NCBI GenBank assembly: GCA_030324005.1
Contig: JARDVH010000097.1
Span: forward strand, 63,049,852-63,113,851
Direction: 5' to 3'
Source of the DNA: Negaprion brevirostris
Lineage: Eukaryota
Length of the DNA stretch: 64,000 nucleotides
Below are positions 49,628 to 62,419 of this stretch, in pieces (the stretch's first letter is position 1; each line of letters starts with the position of its first letter). Below the pieces are notes generated by a model. The model did no database searches, was not told the origin of the DNA, and worked only from the letters and a program-made list of their open reading frames with translations. The position numbers and the translations under genes were made by a program.

Positions 49628-49853
49628 GTGAGTTTATGTCCTGCATTAAGTTCCATACAATTTATTTTTAAAAAGCCAGTCATCACCCCCAATTGTATTG
49701 CAATGAAGAATATTAATATTCTGCATAGACTGCAAGTCCTTTGAGTGCTGGTGAACTGCTTTTGCTTTGAATTATTTGGTGAATTTTTATAAAAATTAAA
49801 GTCACCCCTCGCCAATAGGCAAAAAAGTAATATACCTGTTGGTACTTTTTCAG

Positions 49854-50188
49854 ATGGCGAAGCAAAAATAGAGCAACTTGCTGCCCGATTCAAAACTCCC
49901 GAGTTGGCTGCTGTTTACAAAAAGAAGTTCGAAGAATGTCAAAATGCACTTTCACAGCTTCAAAAATCTGAAGAATCCCAAGTTATGGCTCAATCTGATA
50001 GTAGCAATCCTGTTGTTTATTTTGATGTATCAGCTGGCAAGGAGGTCTTGGGACGAATTACCATGGAATTGCTAGCAAATAAAGTTCCGCGAACAGCTGA
50101 AAACTTCAGAGCCCTCTGCACTGGCGAAAGGGGCTTTGGATATAAAAAATCAATATTTCACAGGGTTATTCCTGAATTTGTTTGCCAG
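49854..50188 (+). CDS. RANBP2: RANBP2 exon (~exon 28), end of RanBD4 and N-terminal half of the cyclophilin domain
   Basis: tttcag| acceptor, cag|gtaatt donor, 335 nt; [15 protein letters not shown] and FHRVIP motifs. Confidence 0.96.
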
Positions 50189-52864
50189 GTAATTAGTTGC
50201 CTCACTTCCCTGTGTGTTGGTCGCTTTTTTTTTGGCAGGTGAAGGCTGTTTGTAGCTGTAATGTAAAAATCTATGTCAATATCTTGTTTTTGTGCTAAAG
50301 GATGATGAGAGATGTATGTGTAGTGAGTTGTAGATTGACCAGTTGAATCCAACTATCTCATGTTTAATGGATTAGTGTCTGCTATTGCTGAGACAAGTGA
50401 GCATGATAGCACAAATTTATAAATTAAATCTTCCAAAATTACATGGAATATACAACGTAGTTGCAGGCATTTTGGCTCAGCTAGTTTCTGCTGGTGTTTA
50501 TGTTCCAAACGAACCTCCCCCAATATCATCTACCTCATAACAGCCTTTTAGCATATTTTGCAGTTGCTGTTTCTGTTCTGTTCTCATCTTGTTTCCTTTT
50601 GAAATCTAATTTGTTTCAACTATTTTTTGTGGTTCTAAATCTCTCACTCTAACCACTTGAGTAAGTACATTTTTCCTATTGGATTTATTAGATTTTGTTG
50701 GGTTCATGGCCCCTACTTTAAGATTAAGTGGAAACATTTTCTCCATTCTCTTCTGTTCAATTTAGTGAATTTAAATACCTCTTGGGCTATCCAAGCTCCT
50801 CTCTTTTTTAAGAAAAAAATATTCCAAACTATTTAATTTTTTTTGGTAGCTGTGATCTTCCAGTTTTGGCACTATCTCTTTTTTTTGCACTTCTCCAGTG
50901 CTTCTATCTTTTGTTTATAGTGTGAAGCTAGAACTTTGCACAGTGCTCGTGTAGCCTGGCCAGTATTCTTTATAAACTTAGCTTCTATTTTTGAATTCTC
51001 TGCCTGTAGAAGTAAATCACCATAGTTCTATTAGCATTGTTATTTGTTAACATTATTGCTGATCTACGATACTGTTCTTAATAACTTTACCTATATCCCT
51101 GTCTCACCTATCTTTTATTTCCTAAAGTGGTAAAGGTGACTTTTCTGTATTTTCTACCCAAGTGCCTCATTTTGGCTATCTATGTTAAAGTTCATTGGTC
51201 ACTTAACTGTCCATGCATCAAATTATGCAGGAAGCACAAGGCCAATTTGCACATAGCAAGATTCTGGTCTGAGAAAGTGTCCTGGATTTTGTGGTTGGGA
51301 CAAAATAATGGCGCTTGCTGTTTCTGCAGGCTTTTGAATGTTGAATAGCTATTAGCTGTCTGCTCAGCATGGCACTCACTACAAAGGGATCTTGGTGTTA
51401 GACCATGGCAAGGTGCATCAAGGCTGTTCAACCAGTCAGATTGAAGAATCTTCTCTGAGGCCCACAGAATCTAAATCAAGAATTCTAAAACAGATTCAAA
51501 TCATGCACAGAAAGCAGAAAAAAATTGTGATTAAGATAGCAATAAGAGACAGGAAAAGTAGAAAACATGTCCACATATTTTGAATCTCTAACACTAAATT
51601 CTGAAGAATGAGACTTCACTGTTGTAAAAGTAAATTTTCACACCCACGTAATTTTGGGAGTACTTAAGGCTGATATCACGGTTTAACAAATCACTTCTAC
51701 CTGAATGCACAAGTCCCAGCTTTTTGTGGCATGTTTAGCCACAAAAAAGAAGTTGAGTATTGCAACCTTTCACACCTTTGCATTGATTTCAATGCTGTGC
51801 CTATTGGTCAGCACCATTATTTATTGAACACCCTGTGGAGAGGGGTACCTCAGATCTCAACTTCTGGATTTCTGGCTTTAATTTTGTGTGTAGACTTCAG
51901 ATTGCTGAATAATAGACCGCTGTTAGCCTTGCCATTATTCTCAGTACAAAATTTCAAACTATATTGCCTCCCAGTAAGGGGTGTAAAAAGTCCTGGGAGG
52001 CCAAAGATTGTTCAATTTTCAGCAGTAACATTGTATCACTTCTCAATCACCATAACAATGAAGCTTGTCCAGTCTAATTTAAGAGACAGTTATCAGCACA
52101 AGATACCTCCCTTCAACATCCAAAGCTTCCTGATGTTTATTTATAGTCACAACATATTTTGAAATGCAGCAGAAAATTTGACCCAGGAAGAGATGACATT
52201 TAACCCAGTGGGGAGGAAGATGTACCATGTAGATTCGCAACTGGACAACAGGCTCCTCCTCCTGTCTTCACTGCCATGTGTTCTGCCCATCACCTCCATT
52301 GCTTTGTCCTCCTGTGCCATCTTTTATCTTGCCATTGCCTTCTCTTCCTTGTTCCAGTTATTGGCCATGCTGTAATACTTGCTTGAACTGTTGATATGCA
52401 AATATGTGCATTGAGAAACAATTTTCTCTTTGGTCTCAATTGATTGAAATAAGGATCTTTATTTAAAAATTGCAACTAGATGGGCTGTGAAGTTCTGAAT
52501 CTAACACTTGTGATTATTTTCCCAAGTTTGTGGCTGATTTCCTTCAGTATCCTTTCTGATAGGGTAACCTATTTGGCTAAATGGTAAACTTTCCAAATGG
52601 CTTGCTCATTTTCAATTCATTGGTAATTATTTAAAATTTAAGATGGTCTCAAAGACAGCCAAAGGGAGTGGGCTGAAATTTAAAATCAGCAAGAGGGAGT
52701 GTTATTTAAATATCTGTGGTGGCGAAGCAGATGAGAATGCAACGACTGAAATGAGACACAGAAAATGTACTTGGATGCCAACAGGACAAAGTTTAGAATT
52801 TAGGTGGAGAGTATCTTTGTAATATTTTGAGTATTATGTAATATGAATTGCATTCTTGTTTCAG

Positions 52865-53173
52865 GGTGGTGATATCACAAGGTCCGATGGAACTGGTGGA
52901 AAATCTATTTATGGCGATAAATTTGAAGATGAAAGCTTTGTTATACGTCACTCTTGTCCTGGTTTGTTGTCCATGGCAAATTGTGGGCCAAACACCAATT
53001 CTTCACAGTTTTTCATCACTCTGAAAGAAACCAAGCATTTAGATTTGAAGCATGTGGTTTTTGGTTATGTAAAAGAAGGTATGGATGTTGTGAAGAAGAT
53101 TGAAACCTTTGGCTCAATAAGTGGCCAAGTGAGTAGTATCATTATGATCACTGATTGTGGACAGATTTCTTGA
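52865..53173 (+). CDS. RANBP2: RANBP2 last coding exon (~exon 29), cyclophilin C-terminal half to the TGA stop
   Basis: tttcag| acceptor; GGDIT...LSMAN...HVVFG...DCGQIS*. Confidence 0.97.
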   Translation, partial: GGDITRSDGTGGKSIYGDKFEDESFVIRHSCPGLLSMANCGPNTNSSQFFITLKETKHLDLKHVVFGYVKEGMDVVKKIETFGSISGQVSSIIMITDCGQIS

Positions 53174-53877
53174 ATGGAGAATACCAAGTTTCCCTCTGGT
53201 TGTGCACTCTATTTAGGATTTGAAATGGTGTAATATTGGATATTGCTGGTGTAAACTGTACTGGTCTAAACATTGGATGTACAAATTATATTGACTGCTA
53301 CCAGCTGTCAATTTTTTTAAATGTTGAATTGCATGTTTCAGAATAAAGGTTTTGGCAAACATTTAATGAGCAGTGGCATTATCTTAAATGTACACATGAT
53401 TTTTCTGACGTTTTGCAGTTCCAGCCAACTGTACAGAGCAGTCTTTAAACCTGGCAATCAAAGTTTGAACTATAAAAAGTTGCTACTATATATTAAAAAA
53501 ATGCAACATTTGAGAATTAAGGTGGAACTTAGTAACTGCATTCCAGGACTAAAAATGGTAATTATCTAACAGGATTTGGTCATTTTAACCAGGTTTTGCA
53601 TATTTTTGTTGCATTCATTTTAGAGCAACCAAAACACTAGGTGTTTTATTAATGTAAAAAAAAAAATCCTGGAATGGGGTTAAATTTGCTGATGGCCCTG
53701 TTACCAAGATTAAAGTTCTGCTGTTAACATTGCAAATACTGGAACAGATTGACACTATTGTAAAATGTAAAGTCTTTTTTAAACACAGATTTTCTAGTAT
53801 TTGCTAATGAGATTGGCTGTGTAATTTTAAATTGGTAAATTTAAATAGTTAAAACCCATAACTTTATAAATATTTAT

Positions 53878-53985
53878 AATAAAAGAATAGATCTATCTAC
53901 TGGTGATTTTAAGCAGTTTCCTTTCTACTGGTTTGTTTCAAATTCATGCAAACTTAGTGAAGGCACATGCCTAACCAGCAATAAA
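53878..53985 (+). terminator. Candidate RANBP2 polyadenylation signals (AATAAA at 53878 and 53980)
   Basis: Two AATAAA hexamers 0.7-0.8 kb after the stop, each followed by T/GT-rich sequence. Confidence 0.55.
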
Positions 53986-56149
53986 TGTTACTGTACCTTT
54001 CTAAATGTTTTCAAATTGTGCATTTATTCTTTATTCCAAGATAGTTTTGGTAAGATATTAGCGGCATGGTGTATTTAAGAGATTAATACATGGTTACAAG
54101 TACTATATTAAGTCGTCCTTCCATGGGAACTACTTTTCTTCCTCTTGCCAGCAGTCTTAATTACAATCTCAAAAGGATTTTATTCGATGTAAAGCTTTTT
54201 TCTCCATTTAAGTTCTGTTAAAGACGAATTTGAACTCTTGCCCTTTTTTGAATTCCTTTTATGCAGCTGCCAGCAAGCGATGCTTTTTCGACATGTAAGT
54301 ATTTTCTTATGAAAGTGTTTTCAAACTTTGCATTCTTTTATTATACAAACAGAAGGCCCATGTAGCAGGAAGTACCTACCATGCCATCCCCTCCAAGTTG
54401 AATTTGCACATGGAATTCATTCTGTTTTCTTCCTGATGTTTTCATAATGAATGCTTTTTTTGGGTCACACATCCTAACCTAAATTTTTTTTAACCACCAT
54501 TTTTTTAATCACCTTGTGATTTTTGACCCAGAAGTATGTCAAGGAAAATGTGTAATTTATTTAATGTCTGTGGAATCTTTCTTCCAAGAATATTTGAGAA
54601 GGACTTTTAAAAGAAGTTTGCAATTATAAAGGGATTTTTTTGGATAAGAAATACATGTGACCTGGTGACCCTTGACCTGGAAGTAGTATCAGTAGGATGC
54701 TAGAAGTTGTATGGCTGACAGACATGGAGAGTCGCAGCAAGTGGAGATAGGAAGGCATATTTGCAAGGAGCTCTCTGTGATACAGTTGGGACAAAGCCAA
54801 AGATGGGGTTAGAGTAGACATTTGTGAACTGGACAATTCAAATATTGCTACTTCAATTTTGCAAGAGCTTACAATGATTTAATTGGGTATATTGAAAGGC
54901 GTCTCTGGGGAAGCCAAGCCATTAGGACTGTTGTAAATCTAGCTAAATTCTGCAAGCATGTGCTGTTCAGGTAGCAACCATCTCCAGGGACCTCTGGAAT
55001 ATGGCTGCTAATGAGCACAGCACAACTCAATTGAGCGGTAAACTGAAAGATCTAAGGCAGGATTCTCTGGCTGTGTAAACCCCAAGACTGGAAATTCCCA
55101 ACTAAGCTAAAACCTCTGACTAATTTTTTTTGTTTTGCCTGCTATGATTCCTGCAGCGGGTGAGATGGGAGATTTTCAGCCTTCGTGTACCAGAGGCTTA
55201 GTTGGAGTTGCACATTGCCACGTGTCTGTAAGGAATAATGCAGGTACTTGTGGTTATGTAACATGCATCTTTGTAAATTTCACTTTAAATAGTCTCTACA
55301 ATTTTATTTTATCATTTGCCTGTTAATTCATGTTTAATGTTTGTTGGTTCTGATTCATATTAAAGTATGAAGATACAAAAAGTGAAGTTTTGTTGGTAAA
55401 TTCTTTTGGAGATAATTCATTAAATGTAATTACTTTGGTTTATGGTTTCCACACAGGAATTTGAGTTATGGTGATTTGCACATTGCTTGTCATGCCTAAT
55501 AAAGGCATGTCATTTTATGAAATTTCTGCTGACACTTCTCAATTACAAATAAAATCAATGGCTTCCACAAATCGTGTGAATTTGGTATTTGAACAGCAGG
55601 CAGTATTAAGTCCGGAAAATGCCTAATTAAATATGGACCAAGGTGATAGTACCTCACAATCATTTGTGAAATTCTCACATTTTATTGTTTTAAGAATGGA
55701 CCAACACCAAAGACTATGGGGTTCCTAGACTGCTTGTTTCCATGTTTTCTACTGTACGAAGGGAAGATAGAAACCACTGATCATTATTAATTTCCCATTG
55801 TGTCATGACAGTCTACCCATTCCAAATAGTGGAACCTTGTTAGTCTGAGAATCAGACTGAAACTGGATGCAAATCTTCAAGTAGTCAAAGTACTTCACCT
55901 GTTCTAGTTTCAAAAGTTCACATAAAAACCAACTTCCTAGATGTTTTTGCCACAATAAACTGCTCAATCTGTTGTGAGCCCGTCACCTTGCAGGTTGCTC
56001 ATTTCAACTTTAAATCATCAAATCCATTCAAGAAACCACAAATCTATTATGTGGGAGACTGAATTAATCTATCCGTAAAAAATGTACTGATCTGTATCCA
56101 AATTCTGTGTGAAACAGGAACATGTATTTGTTATTTTGAGATAAATATG

Positions 56150-56440
56150 TGGTGGTGTGGTATTGTTACTGGACTAGTAACTGGTAAATCCAGGCTAATG
56201 CTCTGGGCATCTGGGTTTGAATCTCACCATGACAGATGGTGAAATTTGAATTCAATAAAAATCTGGAATTAAAAGTCTAATGACCATAAAACCATTGTCG
56301 ATTGCTTTAAAACACATCTGGTTCACTAATGTCCTTTACTGAGCATTTGTAATGTTCCTAATATAGTTGACCCTTAAATAGGCAGTTGGGGATTGGCAAT
56401 AAATTTTGGCCCAGGCAGCAACACCCATGTCCCCTAAATT
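56150..56440 (+). mobile_element. tRNA-derived SINE (third family; second copy at ~60830-61090)
   Basis: Shared ctggactagtaa...ggttcaaa/ggtttgaatc...aaatctg..att.aaag motifs at both sites. Confidence 0.65.
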
Positions 56441-56789
56441 ATTTAATTGGAATGCATATCCTAAAAGTAAGAAAATGCGCACCTCTCAGTACAAAACATG
56501 TTGATTGCAGACAGAACAGATACATCCTGTCTTGCATCATCATTAGGAGATCATGACTCTTAATGTTCAGTTCTCTAATTTTCCTTCAAGTTCCTGACAG
56601 TCTCTAAACAGGACCACCTGCCTACTCTAAAGATTGGTACTAGTACCATTACTGCATCAAATAGAGGGATGTGTGAAAACGTGGCTCAAGGGTTATTATA
56701 GAAGAAAATTTTATATTTTTGAATAAGGGATCAAAGGTGTGTTGAACGGTGGCGCAGGCAGGAAAGGTTGCAACTCGATATTCTATTAC

Positions 56790-57035
56790 TCGACAGACTG
56801 GAGGGACTGATTGTGGACAAGTCCCCAGGACCGGATGGAATGCATCCAAGGGTTCTGAAAGAAATNNNNNNNNNNNNNNNNNNNNNNNNNNNNNNNNNNN
56901 NNNNNNNNNNNNNNNNNNNNNNNNNNNNNNNNNNNNNNNNNNNNNNNNNNNNNNNNNNNNNNNNNATCTTATTGAATGGCGGGGCAGGCTCGAAGGGCTA
57001 GATGGCCTACTCCTGCTCCTATTTCTTATGTTCTT
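56790..57035 (+). mobile_element. CR1 fragments (KSPGPDGMHPRVLKE plus 3' tail across a gap)
   Basis: Canonical CR1 RT motif and tail. Confidence 0.85.
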
Positions 57036-58189
57036 ATTACCAGTCACTAAAGTAAGCTTGAGGGGCCAATTGGTATATTCAAGCTAATTTCTGACTCATT
57101 GAGATCATTTTGGGGAAAAAGGATGGGAAAAATTTGAGTACTGGCTAAACTTTTTCCCTATTAGGGATGTCACTTTAGACTAAGTGGATATACCCTTAGC
57201 CTGGATTCTTTCAGCTAGCTGGAGAGGCTGGGCTTCTTTTCTCTGGAGCAGAGAAGTCTTAGAGGGGAGGGGAGGAGAAGGACTTGATTGAGGTGTATAA
57301 AATTAAGGGACTAGCAAAGGGGGACAGGAAGGAACTTTACTCTTTAAGGATCTTAGGTGAATTACCTGCTAGACAGCATCTTCCAACCCCATGACCACTT
57401 CCATTTAGGAGAACAAGGGCAGCAGATACATGGGAAGACCACCTGCAAGTCCCCCTCCAAGCTACTCCTCATCTGACTTGGAAATATATTACCATTCCTT
57501 TACAGTTATTGAGTCAAAATCCTGGAATTTCTTCCCTAATGGCGTTGTGGGTCAATCAACAGCATGAGGACTGCAGTATTTCAAGAGGACGACTCACCAT
57601 CATTTTCTCAAGAGCAATAAATGTGGGCCCGCCCACATGTCCCATGAATGAATAATAAAAAAAATCCATGGCCCTGGACATTGATCTTTAAGTTAAGAGG
57701 TAGGAAGTTTTTACCCAGAGGGTGTTGAGAATCTGGAACTCTGAAAGGATTGTGAGAAACACAGCTCACAGTTAAACAATTTAGTCAAGTCAAGTTCTGA
57801 AGGAGCAAGATTTTATTTGACGTTCNNNNNNNNNNNNNNNNNNNNNNNNNNNNNNNNNNNNNNNNNNNNNNNNNNNNNNNNNNNNNNNNNNNNNNNNNNN
57901 NNNNNNNNNNNNNNNNNNNNNNNNNACCTAACTTTAAGCTATTTCTCTATGCTGTACAGATATATGTGTTAACAGCATCTTTACCTATTGCTCACAGGAT
58001 GGTAGAAGAGGGAACGTGACAACGTTTAAGAAGTACTTAGATGAGCATTTGAAATACCATTGCACACAGGGCTTCAGGCCAAGTGGGGGAAAATGGGACT
58101 AAAACAGCAAGATGTTTGATGGCCTACACGGACACGATGGGCCGAACGGCCTCTTTCCAAGCTTTGAAGCAATTTCCTTATTAAGAGGG

Positions 58190-58442
58190 TGATCCGGACT
58201 TTTTAATTGAATTAACCCCGAATCCTCTGGCTCACCGGTCCAACATCATAATTTCCAACCGGTTCCATACATTTTATGCTGTGTTCATTCAAATGTAATT
58301 GCTCTCCACTTAGGAGTGGGGATTTAACAAACCGGTGCGGGTCCAGGTGCTGAAATGGCTGTCGCCATGGCGACTAGCCACCCTTTGACCTCTGAAGAAC
58401 CGGAAGTTCCGGTTCAGGGGGCTCGAAATTCGAACGGTTGTC
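58190..58442 (+). promoter_or_regulatory. CpG-enriched promoter/5'UTR with an RFX X-box-like palindrome and an ETS-site inverted repeat
   Basis: Local CpG enrichment in otherwise CpG-poor DNA; GTCGCCATGGCGAC at 58361-58374; GAACCGGAAGTTCCGGTTC at 58397-58415. Confidence 0.7.
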
Positions 58443-58622
58443 ATGGAGCTGGCTAGCAGCGTTATGGGGAGTAATGACGATCAGGCCCTGGACTCCATTG
58501 TCGAGCGCTTAAAACGCCGTTACCTCGGCAATACGGAGGCAGAGTGCAGCAGGAGGGTAGCTGACACTGGACATGGGAGCGTGGAACAGTTCAAACCGAG
58601 GTTCCAGCACTCTGAGGATCAG
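58443..58622 (+). CDS. CCDC138: First coding exon of probable CCDC138 (coiled-coil domain-containing 138)
   Basis: Good Kozak context (gtcATGg), cag|gtgaga donor; DSIVERLKRRY resembles the recalled human N-terminal DLVVESLKSRY; RANBP2-CCDC138 synteny. Confidence 0.7.
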
Positions 58623-58744
58623 GTGAGAGGATGGCGGAGGTTCAAAGGTTGGCAGGCTACTCTGGTAGCTGGGCTAACACGACAGGGCTGGGGTGCTGTG
58701 AAAGGAGCAGCGTGTCCCTTACCGTGCACTTCAGCTTGTAGAAT

Positions 58745-59062
58745 CCTTTAGAATCGTAGAACCCTACAGTGCAGAAGGAGGCCAGTCGGCCCATTGAATC
58801 TGCACCCACCGCAATCCCACCCAGGCCCTATCCCCGCAAACCTCACATATTTACTCTGCTGATTGCTCTGATACTAGGGTCAATTTAGCAAGGCCAGTCA
58901 ACCTAATCTGTGCATCTTTGTACTATGGGAGGAAACTGGAGCACCCGGAGGAAACCCTGCAGACGCTGAGAATGTGTAGCTCCCACGCAGACAGTGACCT
59001 GAGGCTAAAACTGAGCCGTGGTCCCTGGTGCTGTGGAGTAGCAGTGCCACTGTACTGCCCAT
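58745..59062 (-). mobile_element. HE1/V-SINE copy in the first intron of the downstream gene
   Basis: gggaggaaactggagcacccggaggaaaccc plus tail. Confidence 0.85.
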
Positions 59063-62000
59063 CAGCCTTGGTCAATATTGGGCATTCATCTTTGTTTGAG
59101 AGATCGTGTGCAAAGCATTCTCTGGAGAAGCTATTGCACTAAAAATCCGAAACCTCAAAGATAAAGGCAATAACCTGAACCACTGGTAAATTGGCACTGA
59201 GTAGATTAGAGCAATGAATGCTGGAAGACTGATAGGGAAATGGGTTTTGATTTACAGGGTATTGTCATTAGTAGTTGGAAAAGTTGGAGCTGAATTATAG
59301 GGTATGGCTCCCCCAAGACTGCTGGGGATAGTCTGACTAGTTATATAACAAGGGCATTAGGGAAGGTTTAAACTAAATAGTGGAAGGAAGGGTTCATTAT
59401 CTGGGAAATTTGGTAAATTACAGGGAAATAAAGGGTAATAAGGCAGGGTAGCAATTTGGGTGATAATTACCAGATTATGGCTAGGAGGGACAGAACATGC
59501 ACCTGCAGTTAAAGCCAGAGGTTGCAAATATGCAATGCAAAGTTAAAGGTTTTGCACCTGAATGTATGCAAGATGCATAATAAAATTGATGAACTGTTGT
59601 CACAAATTTAAATAAATGTGTATGACCTGTTAGAGTCTTGCACCCTACATCTCTTTGTGGCGATCTCTCGTTTCTCTCACCTATCACTAACCTACTTTGC
59701 TCTAACTAATCTTATACAATATATTATCCATCACATTCTCCCTCACTTTGCCTCTGAAGAAGAGTCATATTGACTTGAAACATTAACACATTTTGTCTCT
59801 GCACGGATGCTGCCTGGCCTGAATTTTTCTAGCATTTTCTGTTTTTTTTTTTATCTGCAATCATCACGGGTGGCTTCAATTTATGTGTAGCTTGAGACAA
59901 TCAGATTGGCAAAGGTTGCCTGGAAAATGAGTTCATCAAGTATATTTGGGNNNNNNNNNNNNNNNNNNNNNNNNNNNNNNNNNNNNNNNNNNNNNNNNNN
60001 NNNNNNNNNNNNNNNNNNNNNNNNNNNNNNNNNNNNNNNNNNNNNNNNNNNNNNNNNNNNNNNNNNNNNNNNNNNNNNNNNNNNNNNNNNNNNNNNNNNN
60101 NNNNNNNNNNNNNNNNNNNNNNNNNNNNNNNNNNNNNNNNNNNNNNNNNNNNNNNNNNNNNNNNNNNNNNNNNNNNNNNNNNNNNNNNNNNNNNNNNNNN
60201 NNNNNNNNNNNNNNNNNNNNNNNNNNNNNNNNNNNNNNNNNNNNNNNNNNNNNNNNNNNNNNNNNNNNNNNNNNNNNNNNNNNNNNNNNNNNNNNNNNNN
60301 NNNNNNNNNNNNNNNNNNNNNNNNNNNNNNNNNNNNNNNNNNNNNNNNNNNNNNNNNNNNNNNNNNNNNNNNNNNNNNNNNNNNNNNNNNNNNNNNNNNN
60401 NNNNNNNNNNNNNNNNNNNNNNNNNNNNNNNCTGTTTGCAGTTGTAAATTTGCCAGGAAAAGTTGAATCTAGTAACTAATATAGCAAGTATGTTTTTAAT
60501 GAGGTGACAGTTAATAACTGAAAATAAACCTCACTTGTCCAGAAAATGAGCAAAATGTATGTCTCATTCCTTCAGGTTTTGACTTGTTTTAGATATTTCA
60601 AAGTAAAATTTTTATACTTTGTCCTTTCTCTTCTTTTCCCTTTTAAACCAATTTATTTTGTTGTTTTTGTACGTGATTATACAAATTATATGTATTCACC
60701 CTTCTTAGTCCTTCCTCTGTTTCTCAATTTTAAATCTCATTGGTGAACAAGAAACACATTTATCAAAGCCACAGTGTGATACTGCCTTTGCTATGCCATT
60801 GTTAGCTTGCCCTTCCACCAATTTGGGCAATAATGGTAATGTCACTGGATTAGTAATCTGGGCATAGGTTCAAACTCCACCATGGAAGCTTTTAGGGTTT
60901 GAATAATTTCAAATTCAGAAAATCTGAAATTGAAAGCTAGTCCCAGTAATGGTGAGGGTGATGTCGTTAAAACCTGCCTGGTACACATGACTACAGACCC
61001 ACAATCATGTAATTGACTTGTCACTGATCTCTGAAATTGCCTCGCAAGCCACTCAGTTCAAGGGCAATTGGGGACAGGCAGCAAATGCTGGAAAATGTCA
61101 GCAGATCTGGCAGAGAGAAACAGAGTTAACATTTCAAATTTGTATGACTCCCAGAATGATCATGGCTCTGAAAAAGTGTCATATGGATTCAACTGTCAGT
61201 TCCGTGGAGACTGAACCATAATTGCCAGATATGCTAAGTTTTCCAGCATTTTCTGTTTGTATTTCACAATTCCAACATCCACAATATTTTGCTTTAATGT
61301 GGGTATTTTTTAAAAAAATGGTTGACAAATATTTAAAAATCTAAATGTGAATGAGCAAGTTTAACTAATGAGGCACACCACAAAATCATCTTGTTTAAGA
61401 AAAGTATGGCCTTTTGTGGACCAATTGCTCAGACAGGCACTTGTCCAAGGCCCATAGGGCTTCTATGGGTGTTTGCATGGCAAACTCCTGTCGTCTAACC
61501 ATCCAAAAAGACTAGAGCCCACTACAGGGCATGTGGGACCCAAGTACAGGTCACACAGCTGTATATTGTGAATCAGATTGCATTGTTTTGATCTATTATG
61601 ATTTTGCAATGTTTGAAACAGGTAATATAAATTGGAATATTCAATTCAATGTCAGTTTAGTTGCAGAAAGTGAAATAAAGAAGGAAAGAGAGGTTGGATG
61701 AAGACCCAGATATGGGATAGGAAAAAAAAGTTAAATTTTTAAAATACTTCTGTGAAGAAGCAAATGCTGAAGAAATGATATGCTTGTACAAGTTAATTTT
61801 CAGTGCCAAAGAGGTGGTTTATGGGTAATTGAGACTTAATCACCATAAAGATATTTAGACTGGAATGAGTAGGTCTGTTTTTGGGGGGGTGCTTTTTACT
61901 CATGGAGACCAACACATTAAAATAATCAAATTTACTAAATGACCCTGGCGATAAACCAATGGACACTTTCACTTTTTATAACTTATTCAACATAAATTAA

Positions 62001-62080
62001 ACATGAATAGGCAATGTGTAGTATTAGGGATCAGATTAAAACCTCCAAGATACATTAGAAGTTACCCTAGACCTCTAGTT

Positions 62081-62246
62081 TTAGTTTTACCCTATTGATG
62101 ATAAAAAGTGTTGTTGCAATAGTGATCCTGCTCAGTATGAGAGGAACTACAGGTTCAGACATTTAGTGTATGTGCTTGGCAGAGGAGCCAATGGTACGAT
62201 GTTACCATCTGTGGGATTATGACTAAATGCCTCCAAGTCAGAATCC
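62081..62246 (+). pseudogene. 28S rRNA-derived fragment (3' part of the LSU rRNA), diverged
   Basis: ttagttttaccct...atcctgctcagtatgagaggaac...ccatctgtgggattatgact...aagtcagaatcc matches a conserved vertebrate 28S segment, with CpG-type substitutions. Confidence 0.88.
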
Positions 62247-62419
62247 TTTCTCTCTATTTTTGTATGAGCATAAATAAGGTGCTCTGCTCCAAGTTTGGTT
62301 CTATTGACCCACTAGGAAGCTTTTATTAAGATAGGCTTTATTTAAGAATACAGTTTAACTATGACGAAAACAAATTAACATTTTTGCCAATTTAAATACT
62401 TAATCATGGCATTCTTATT

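Larger units (their letters stand above)
2823..53173 (+). other. RANBP2: RANBP2/Nup358 gene body (E3 SUMO-protein ligase nucleoporin); exons 1-3 lie upstream of the window
   Basis: Phase-consistent chain of GT-AG exons encoding four RanBD domains, RanBP2 zinc fingers, IR1/IR2 repeats and a C-terminal cyclophilin domain, an architecture diagnostic of RanBP2. Confidence 0.98.

Noticed and set aside
51230-51420. Possible Deu-domain SINE remnant on the minus strand (atcttgctatgtgcaaattggcc)
   Set aside because: Only a ~20-nt recognisable match, too short to call without an alignment
52856-53173. Stand-alone cyclophilin gene or retrocopy
   Set aside because: It has a splice acceptor and joins in frame to the 49854-50188 exon, so it is the RANBP2 terminal exon
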